Assembly (NCBI GenBank): GCA_963796105.1
Contig: CAWCKJ010000005.1
Coordinates: 1-55,851, forward strand
Source of the DNA: a candidate division FCPU426 bacterium
Lineage (GTDB): Bacteria > Oederibacteriota > Muellerivitia > Muellerivitales > Muellerivitaceae
Length of the DNA: 55,851 bases
Direction: 5' to 3'
Positions 48,680-55,851 of the stretch are shown piece after piece. Position numbers and translations under genes: made by a program. The notes beneath the pieces were generated by a model. It was not told the DNA's origin and made no database searches. It saw only the letters and a program-made list of their open reading frames with translations. Numbering within the stretch: the stretch's first letter is position 1; each line of letters starts with the position of its first letter.

Positions 48680-49375
48680 ATCTCCTAGCCGGGTGGCGAT
48701 CTCCCGGGCCACCCAAGGGAAGGGAAAAGACCCTTCCCATTGCGCTAACGGCTTGTTTTGCTGTTAGCACAACCACCCATTTGACTAACGTCCAAGGGCG
48801 ATAAAAATCATCGAACCACCCTCACCGCCTTGTGGGCGGTGACGAGGTGTCCATCCCTAGCCCGGTGGGAGATCCCCCCGGAAGCAAATAGCTTATTGCT
48901 ATTTGCACAACCATAGTGCGGTCATCCGCCTTGTGGGCGTTCGACCAGGTGCCCCCACATCGAGCGACAACGTGGAAGAAAACCGAATCCGGGGGCGGCG
49001 TCACCAACTCTTATTGAGTTGGCATTATCAACCTTCACCCCTCTTTACCGAATCTTTGTATTAATGATTCGGCACAACCAAGTCTCGTGTTTCGCCTTGA
49101 AGTCTCAACACAGGGGTTGTGGGTGAGGGCGGATAAACGCCGTTGGGAACGGTCAGCGCCTTTCCAACAGGCCAGGCCGGGCCTCGTTCCTCGTCTTATC
49201 CGGCCTAAAACATGGCCTGCCGGAATCCCAATAATGCTTAAACAACGACGCACTTCCCCCCGGACTCAATTTTCCATAGCCAACACCTCTTATCGCTCCG
49301 TTTGCGCCCCCAAGGATTTTGTGAGGGGGCGCACCCGGAGGGTGCTCTCTCCTCTAACAACGAAAAGGAGTAAAA
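48680..49375. other. Hairpin-dense non-coding region with internal repeats and an attC-like site at 49072-49122
   Basis: At least eight stems; repeated CCTAGCC.GGTGG..ATC, GCACAACCA (three times), CCGCCTTGTGGGCG (twice). Confidence 0.7.
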
Positions 49376-49414
49376 CTCCTGCACATGCCTGTCGCAAAAA
49401 GGATGGTGTGCAAC
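49376..49414 (+). CRISPR. CRISPR-like repeat, copy 2 (identical to 45836-45874)
   Basis: 39/39 identity with copy 1. Confidence 0.6.
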
Positions 49415-49891
49415 CGAATAACATTCGAATCTTTGGATGAACTTAGGGATATTTTTTGGGTTTCAGATTTTGAGATGCGGTCAGGAATTACACCTTCAAT
49501 TAAGGCGGAATACCTGGAAGGGAAGCTGAATAAGGAAAGATGGCGCTCTAATGGGGCCAATCCAAATCCAAAAGGAAGAAGAACACCTGATGGATATTTT
49601 GAGGCAGACATTGAAGGTCGAAGAGTCTCTTTTACACTTGAACTTGAGAACCATCATTACAACGACACTATTCTTCAAAGAATGATCGATAATTTAAAGA
49701 ATGGCTTTCCTCGTGCCCTCAAACTAATCGTTTCCGCCACTCCTGGAAATGCGGTCCGGATGATCCGTTCCCTTCAAACTAGGATTAAACCCGACGAACA
49801 GCAACAATGGTTCGTTTCCGATTTTGAGAGGGTAACCACCAAACCGTTTAAAAAATGCTGGCACCAATTGAATAAACCATTGGCGGATTAG
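49415..49891 (+). pseudogene. 3' fragment of a replication-relaxation (Replic_Relax-like, PD-(D/E)xK) gene
   Basis: RTPDGYF...LELEN; the N-terminal wHTH and His motif expected before RITFE are missing; begins at the repeat end. Confidence 0.6.
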
Positions 49892-49922
49892 TCGAAATAT
49901 CGAAAAACGGCCCTTGAAATAG

Positions 49923-49940
49923 TGTCAACCATAGGCGACA
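49923..49940. promoter_or_regulatory. Imperfect palindrome TGTCAACCATAGGCGACA, putative TA operator
   Basis: Lies between a TTGAAA -35-like box and the RBS of the toxin gene. Confidence 0.5.
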
Positions 49941-49957
49941 ATGAAAAGGAGAGGTAA

Positions 49958-50308
49958 TTGGAAACAACACCTTTTGAATTAAAGGATTATGAAACACCGG
50001 ATGGGCGGTGTCCTTACCAGGAATGGTATTCGGAGTTAATTAAAAAAGACCTAAGGTCTGCAACCGCTTTAGAAAATAGGGTTAGGCGGTTAGAAAATGG
50101 CTTGCTTGGGGATTATGACGACGTTCAGGACGGTATCCTTGAACTCAGAATTCATGTAGGCCAAGGTTTTCGCATATATGTCCGTAGGATTGGTAGAACC
50201 ATGATGCTTTTGCTTTCCGGCGGGGAAAAGAAAACCCAGGACCAAGATGTTAAAAAAGCCAAGGAATATTGGAACGAATTTAAAAGTAGAAATAAAGGAG
50301 TAAAGTAA
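49958..50308 (+). CDS. RelE/ParE-superfamily addiction-module toxin
   Basis: G.CPYQEW..L, RVRRLENGLLGD, ELRIHVG.GFRIY, LLSGG.KKTQ..D. Confidence 0.9.
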   Translation: METTPFELKDYETPDGRCPYQEWYSELIKKDLRSATALENRVRRLENGLLGDYDDVQDGILELRIHVGQGFRIYVRRIGRTMMLLLSGGEKKTQDQDVKKAKEYWNEFKSRNKGVK

Positions 50309-50607
50309 TGAAAGGCATTAGAGACCATAAATCAGCGATCATTGAACATTTAAAAACCAATGAGAACTTCCGAAAAGCTTACCTAAATGAAGCCCTTAAC
50401 GAGGATGAACCTGCGGTTGTTCTTTCTATGCTTCGCGACATCGTAGATGCGACTAGGGGGTTCACAAAACTTGCAAAAGAAACAGGCTTGGCTAGGCAAA
50501 GTCTTTATAAAGTCTTGTCTGAAAAAGGGAATCCTGAATTTGGAAGTGTTTGGAAGATCGTCCGCATATTGCGGAAAAAGAATCAAGCTTTGGTGAATGC
50601 TCGGTAA
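50308..50607 (+). CDS. Addiction-module HTH antitoxin
   Basis: AYLNEAL..LRDIVDA.RGFTKLAKETGL.RQSLYKVLS..GNP.F. Confidence 0.9.
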   Translation: MKGIRDHKSAIIEHLKTNENFRKAYLNEALNEDEPAVVLSMLRDIVDATRGFTKLAKETGLARQSLYKVLSEKGNPEFGSVWKIVRILRKKNQALVNAR

Positions 50608-50611
50608 AATT

Positions 50612-52636
50612 TCATTTACCACCGTGTGGAAGGCTTTCTAAAATGTTTTGAGCCGAAGGATTGCTCGGATCGTTTTTCAAGACACGTTCCAAGCATAGTC
50701 TGGCTTCGTCGTACCGTTTAGCTAAGTAATAAAAGACGCCGAGTTTGTAGTAAAGGTCGAAATATTTCCCGCCTGATAGATTTAATGCTTCCAAGAAAAA
50801 TGCCTCGGCAGTTTGAGGATGGTTTTCCAATAAAAAAAAAGTCCCCATATTTGAAATCCCGATGGGATAATTCGCCCGCGTGTAAAAACCCATCAATAAA
50901 AAATCCCATATAGTGGGTTCGGGAAGTTTGATGAATTCAGTTGCCCTTTCCAGGACCTGATTCTGGATATTGTATTCGGCCATAATTCTGGAATCGTCAA
51001 GGGTCGGTACTTGAGGCGCATAACCTTTTTTCAAATAAATTACGGTATTCTCATCCAAGTAAACCGGTCGCCAATCACTGTTATTTTGGAGATCAGCGAC
51101 CCAACTCGTGGATATAGCTGGATTGAAAAATAGAATATTTGCGGAATTTTGGTCCGCCAAGGATGTTATTTTTCCTGTGTACTGGGCTGAAATGTATTCT
51201 GTGAATAGTTTCTCGCCCATTACCTCCAGACGGCCATCGATAAATACCTTTTGAGGACCTTTCCAGTCCAACCAGCCTCCCGGATTCAAAGCATTTAATA
51301 TCCTTCCATCTAAATGGTTTTGAATAAGGAAATCCGTGGCCCGAACGGGTTGACTTTCATCGTTCACCCCAAGGCCGAAGCGTTCGGTTCGGCGGTCGTC
51401 CACATAATAGGCGTTTGTGATAACCCGCAAACCTAGACCCGAAAGTAGAGTTATTAGGATCAACGCAACCCATGATCTGGATAGAATCCCTTCTGTTATT
51501 TTGCGTAACCATGCCCATTCCAGGTCCTTCAAACAAGCGGCCGTAATGGGCAGGCAAATGAGGATGAAAAGCGGAATGTTCCGTACGGCGTTTGCGGATA
51601 AATAAAAGAAAATGGCGACCAGGAAAAACTCGTGAATTTTCCGTTTCTTCCAGGTGATCAAGATCAAAAACAATAAAAGGAAACTGAATAGCTTACAACC
51701 CCATAACTGGGCAACCGGCATAATGGGAATGTCGTAATGGACCCAAGGGGACATGAATTCATTTATATTTGAATGGAAAAGTTTAGTGTGAAGTGTCTGC
51801 CAAAGTTGGAACGGGAATAATATCCCTCGGAAAAAATATGGGTTTAACAGGCATAAAACCATAGCCAGGCCCGAAAACCGCACCAACTTCGAATCTGCCC
51901 GGCGTTGATGGAAGATACCAGAAACCAAAAAACCAACCATCAATCCCCAACCCAGGATAAATAAACCTTCCATGTTGGCCCAAACAACCTGGAGGATTGG
52001 AAGAAGGAATAGAAAATCCCTTTTCCGGGCCGTTCTTTGCTCCAATGTCCAAAGCATAACACTCATAAGCAACCAACTAATGATTTCGGGCCGGACCTGG
52101 AAACGAATTTCACATTCCCATATAGCCCATGCAAACAATAGTGTGGATATCCATGTAGGCGCACCGGTCAATCGAAGACGTGCCCATAGAAATGAAAAGA
52201 CCGCGATTATTAAAACAACATTAAATAATGTAAGTAGCGGATAGCTGCCGGAAATAAAGAGCAGGTAAAGAACGACTTGATAAAGCCAATGGCCATCAAC
52301 ATAATCGTGATCGGGAACTGTGTAGGTGAAGGTATCCTTTGCGGGGAAACTATGATTTTGAAGTATCCACTGGCCACTCCTTAGGTGAAAACCCAAATCC
52401 AAGTCTTGAATGGTATGTGCGCTTAATAGGGCCAGTAGGAGGAAACAAGAAATAAGTGCCCAGGACCAAGGATTAATAAAAAAAGATCGGATTGAGGCCG
52501 AAAGAGGACGGGTTTGTAGGGAAGATTGAGTTGACATTAGGTGGATTATAACAAACGTTCCATATTTCAAATGGAGAAGAGATATTGAACTAGGGAGACC
52601 AAACAACAACCTTCTAAAAGCCCGATTTAAATCCAT
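50612..52636 (-). CDS. Polytopic GT-C-like membrane protein with C-terminal TPR (start probably ~52537)
   Basis: DLDLGFHLRSGQWI, RPE, WANMEG, NPY, I.EF.SP, FIDGRLE. Confidence 0.8.
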   Translation of the reverse strand: MDLNRAFRRLLFGLPSSISLLHLKYGTFVIIHLMSTQSSLQTRPLSASIRSFFINPWSWALISCFLLLALLSAHTIQDLDLGFHLRSGQWILQNHSFPAKDTFTYTVPDHDYVDGHWLYQVVLYLLFISGSYPLLTLFNVVLIIAVFSFLWARLRLTGAPTWISTLLFAWAIWECEIRFQVRPEIISWLLMSVMLWTLEQRTARKRDFLFLLPILQVVWANMEGLFILGWGLMVGFLVSGIFHQRRADSKLVRFSGLAMVLCLLNPYFFRGILFPFQLWQTLHTKLFHSNINEFMSPWVHYDIPIMPVAQLWGCKLFSFLLLFLILITWKKRKIHEFFLVAIFFYLSANAVRNIPLFILICLPITAACLKDLEWAWLRKITEGILSRSWVALILITLLSGLGLRVITNAYYVDDRRTERFGLGVNDESQPVRATDFLIQNHLDGRILNALNPGGWLDWKGPQKVFIDGRLEVMGEKLFTEYISAQYTGKITSLADQNSANILFFNPAISTSWVADLQNNSDWRPVYLDENTVIYLKKGYAPQVPTLDDSRIMAEYNIQNQVLERATEFIKLPEPTIWDFLLMGFYTRANYPIGISNMGTFFLLENHPQTAEAFFLEALNLSGGKYFDLYYKLGVFYYLAKRYDEARLCLERVLKNDPSNPSAQNILESLPHGGK

Positions 52637-52798
52637 CTATTATCGATATCGGGTCAATTTGAAAGAACATGTTATGATTTTGGGGATTAAAAAAGAATCA
52701 ACCTTTGGTTCACGCTCGGTAAAATTCCATAAGAGGGTTAGGAAGCCTAAATATGTTGCTATTTCGATATAGCGTTTAACCCGTGAAACCGAATTTTA

Positions 52799-52980
52799 CT
52801 TGCCTATACGGAAAGCGCATCTTAAGTTGGATTCTACTGGTGCACTCATGACACAAGTCTCCCCCTCTGAAAGAGGGGGAATAAGGGGAAGTTAGCCTTT
52901 TATCAACGACAAATACCCCCCCACCCCCCTTTTCAAAGGGGGGCAAAGAATTCGTGAGATGCACTTTCCGTATAGGCATG
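52799..52980. mobile_element. 182-bp MITE with 26-bp terminal inverted repeats and 8-bp target-site duplication
   Basis: CTTGCCTATACGGAAAGCGCATCTTA / TGAGATGCACTTTCCGTATAGGCATG (3 mismatches); GAATTTTA flanks both sides (52791-52798, 52981-52988). Confidence 0.88.
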
Positions 52981-53060
52981 GAATTTTAATATAGACAATG
53001 AATATTCATTGATGTATTAACCGTAGTGATTTTCATCACTTTTATTTTGGTGGTTTTCAA

Positions 53061-53270
53061 ATGGACGAATTCATATTTGAACACGCACCTACAGGAAAAA
53101 GATCAAAAATTAAGGCAAATAACTCAGATATAGCCATGATCCTTTGTTTCCAGATAAATGGCTGGTTACCAGGTGAAATCCTTTATCTTGGTCGTGCTTC
53201 CACTGTCGAAAACCTCTCCTTTTTAAAATACAGAGACGAACTCCATTACATCCCCGGTGGTCGTTTCTAA
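53061..53270 (+). CDS. Hypothetical protein
   Basis: 69-aa ORF with a GGTGG RBS-like sequence. Confidence 0.4.
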   Translation: MDEFIFEHAPTGKRSKIKANNSDIAMILCFQINGWLPGEILYLGRASTVENLSFLKYRDELHYIPGGRF

Positions 53271-53493
53271 AAAATTGCCTAAATTCGGGGAATCTTTTTT
53301 TTCAAGAAAGATACCCTTTTGAAGCGTAAAAACAGGAGAAGTAATATAATTAGATGACAAATTAAGTTGGGATCATTAGGGCCAACCTCAGTAACTGATA
53401 AATCCATAAAAAAATATAACGAGACGGGGAATAAAACCGCGCATACCACCACTATATAGCAGAGATAAAGTCGTTTCTGTTTGGAGGCCACTC

Positions 53494-54588
53494 ATGGGAA
53501 TCAAGAATTTTTGGACAGCGGGAATTTTATTAATAGTGTTTGTCTTGCCATTGGCTTGCCAACGTTACCTTCCTACCGCACCCAAACCAAAGGGAATAAC
53601 CACACCCAATGGTGGTGTGGTATCGACTATTGCGGGGTCTGTTAGTGCGTTCGCTAACGGAACGGGAACTGGTGCAGCTTTCAATTGGCCCGCTGGTATA
53701 GCTGTCGATGCCTCTGATAATTTGTACATCGCAGATGCTGGCAATCAATTAATCCGGTTAATAACAACCGGAGCCGTGGTTTCGACTATAGCTGGTCAAG
53801 TTGGGGTTACTGGTTCTATGAACGCAACTGGAACTTCAGCATCTTTCTTTGATCCAAGCGGAGTCGCCGTTGATACCTCGGGAAATATATACGTTGCGGA
53901 TTACGCCAACTCACTTATTCGTAAAATCACATCGGGTGGCGTGGTTTCGACCCTGGCGGGTCAAGTTGGGGTTACAGGAGCTACTAATGCGACGGGGACT
54001 TCTGCGTCATTTAATTATCCTGAAGGAGTCGCGGTGGACACCTCTGGAAATGTATATGTCGCTGACACTGGTAATAATCTGATCCGGGTTATCTCTCCGG
54101 GGGGTGTTGTGTCAACTTTGGCGGGACAGGCTGGTGTTACAGGTGCCACTAACGCAACGGGCACTTCAGCATCTTTCAATAATCCCTATGGGGTTGCGGT
54201 TGACACTTCCGGAAATGTGTACGTCGCGGACACTGGTAATAATTTGATCCGGGTTATCACCTCAGGGGGTGTTGTGTCAACTTTGGCGGGATCAGGATCA
54301 GTTGGTTCGGCCAATGGAACAGGATCAGCTGCGTCGTTTAATAATCCTTATGGGGTCGCTGTTGACTCTTCCGGAAATGTATACGTCGCGGACACTTACA
54401 ATAATCTAATCCGGAAAGTAACTCTTGGGGGCGTTGTTACTACTTTGGCTGGATCAGGATCCATAGGGTCCGCAAATGGCACGGGAACGGCAGCTTCATT
54501 CTTTGCTCCTAATGGAGTCGCTGTTGACGTTTCCGGTGTTGTTTTCGTTGCAGATAGCGGCAACTACATAATCCGAGAAATTCAATAG
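53494..54588 (+). CDS. NHL-repeat beta-propeller lipoprotein
   Basis: Lipobox PLAC; six F..P.GVAVD.SGNVYVAD..N..IR repeats. Confidence 0.92.
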   Translation: MGIKNFWTAGILLIVFVLPLACQRYLPTAPKPKGITTPNGGVVSTIAGSVSAFANGTGTGAAFNWPAGIAVDASDNLYIADAGNQLIRLITTGAVVSTIAGQVGVTGSMNATGTSASFFDPSGVAVDTSGNIYVADYANSLIRKITSGGVVSTLAGQVGVTGATNATGTSASFNYPEGVAVDTSGNVYVADTGNNLIRVISPGGVVSTLAGQAGVTGATNATGTSASFNNPYGVAVDTSGNVYVADTGNNLIRVITSGGVVSTLAGSGSVGSANGTGSAASFNNPYGVAVDSSGNVYVADTYNNLIRKVTLGGVVTTLAGSGSIGSANGTGTAASFFAPNGVAVDVSGVVFVADSGNYIIREIQ

Positions 54589-54990
54589 TTATGTTTTAAG
54601 GTGTTTAAGATATTTAATCGTGAAACAGGTAACATTATTAATCCGATAACTTTTAACAAATACTCTTCCGCCGTAAAACTGCACGATAATTGACTTTTTT
54701 GCTTTATTGCGTGTAAAACATTCTGCCTAAATTGCACTTATTATGGCTATTTTTATTTTTTTCGAAAAATTAAACGGTTAACTCAAGTCATAATTTGCTC
54801 CTCCATAACAATCCGTAATAATTACTAGAAGAATGTTCCTTTTTTATTTATTAAAAATAGAAACGTTAAAACTAAATTTTCCTTTTTTGTTTTGATTTTA
54901 TTTTTTTAAGGACTAGTATTTTTCCCTGGCAGTATCTTTTTCAGCAACGTCTGACATTTGTAAGTTGATTTATAGTGGTTGGAGGCAGTG

Positions 54991-55851
54991 ATGCGCAGAG
55001 ATTATTATTTTTTTATTTCTGTTTTTTCACTCATAACATTTTTTGGTTTAAGCTCTTTAGCTTATTGTCAAAATAGTGGCGCGGTATCCACTCTTGCGGG
55101 GTCGGCAGGGGTTAGTGCTTTCGCGGACGGAACAGGGAACGCCGCTGCATTTAATTGGCCCTTTGAATTAACGGTCGATTCGTCCAGTAATATTTACATT
55201 GCTGATTCCGGCAATCAAATAATCCGGAAAATTACTTCTGGGGTCGTGGTTACCACTTTTGCAGGCCAAGTCGGAATTATAGGTTCAACCAACGGAACGG
55301 GAACTGCCGCTTCCTTCTTTAACCCTTCAGGAATCTCCTTCGATTCGGCCGGAAATATTTATGTAGCGGACACGCTCAACAATCTGATTAGAGAAATTAC
55401 CCCTGGTGGTGTAGTGACAACCCTGGCAGGGTCGGCGGGTGTCACGGGTTCAACCAATGGGACTGGATCAGCCGCTTCTTTTAATAACCCTTATGGAGTT
55501 GCCGTTGATTCTAACGGCAATGTCTACGTCGCGGACACTCTCAACAATCTGATTAGGGAAATTACCCCTGGTGGTGTAGTGACAACCCTGGCAGGGTCGG
55601 CGGGTGTCACGGGTTCAACCAATGGGACTGGATCAGCTGCTTCTTTTAATAACCCTTATGGAGTTGCCGTTGATTCTAACGGCAATGTCTACGTCGCGGA
55701 CACTGGAAATAACCTTATACGGGAAATTGCCCCAGGGGGTGTTGTGTCTACTCTGGTGGGGTCTGGGTCTGCTGGATCATCCAATGGGACGGGAATTGCA
55801 GCGTCGTTTAATGGACCTTATGGAGTCGCGGTTGGTACTTCCGGAAATGTA
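54991..55851 (+). CDS. Second NHL-repeat protein, running off the window end
   Basis: GGAGG RBS, ATG at 54991, open frame with the same NHL repeats. Confidence 0.88.
   Translation, partial: MRRDYYFFISVFSLITFFGLSSLAYCQNSGAVSTLAGSAGVSAFADGTGNAAAFNWPFELTVDSSSNIYIADSGNQIIRKITSGVVVTTFAGQVGIIGSTNGTGTAASFFNPSGISFDSAGNIYVADTLNNLIREITPGGVVTTLAGSAGVTGSTNGTGSAASFNNPYGVAVDSNGNVYVADTLNNLIREITPGGVVTTLAGSAGVTGSTNGTGSAASFNNPYGVAVDSNGNVYVADTGNNLIREIAPGGVVSTLVGSGSAGSSNGTGIAASFNGPYGVAVGTSGNV

Noticed and set aside
48903..48914. tracrRNA anti-repeat (TTGCACAACCAT versus repeat complement TTGCACACCAT)
   Set aside because: Match is short and gapped, and is explained by the GCACAACC module that also occurs elsewhere.
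45836..49414. Conventional CRISPR array
   Set aside because: Only two repeats, 3.5 kb apart; no 25-45 bp periodicity was found around either copy.
44473..49414. Casposon
   Set aside because: No family B polymerase and no terminal inverted repeats are visible, and a cas2-like gene is present.
48822..49440. ORFs 48822-49007, 49035-49253 and 49087-49440
   Set aside because: They cross a hairpin-rich region, lack recognisable motifs and have weak start contexts.

Overview
Accessory, mobile-element-rich region of a probably diderm bacterium (many lipoproteins and outer-membrane proteins; secreted proteins with Pro/Thr linkers and C-terminal Ig-like domains). In order: an IS21 element that interrupts a PIN gene; XRE regulators with 18-bp palindromic operators; an NYN gene; hicBA; an S8 protease; and a ~12-kb co-oriented operon encoding a minimal VirB2/B6/B3/B4/B8-like T4SS that ends in a TPR-GGDEF gene. 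Next comes an array of mostly single-gene modules, separated by eight co-oriented copies of a 30-bp imperfect palindrome (TTGTCCAC-N3-GGGGACCC-N3-GTGGACAA). The largest module holds two fluoride-riboswitch units and two metal-uptake operons led by RAPP/RSPP leader peptides. After the last copy lies a stand-alone cas1-cas2 pair with no effector gene. It is followed by two identical 39-bp CRISPR-like repeats 3.5 kb apart, each fused in frame to a 5'-truncated gene. The window ends with GT-C-type membrane proteins, a RelE-type TA pair, a 182-bp MITE and NHL-repeat genes. The best candidates for a new system are (1) Cas1-Cas2 with kilobase, gene-bearing 'spacers' (misassembly must be excluded) and (2) the non-attC 30-bp-site cassette array. 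All product calls come from motif recognition by eye, with no database searches.
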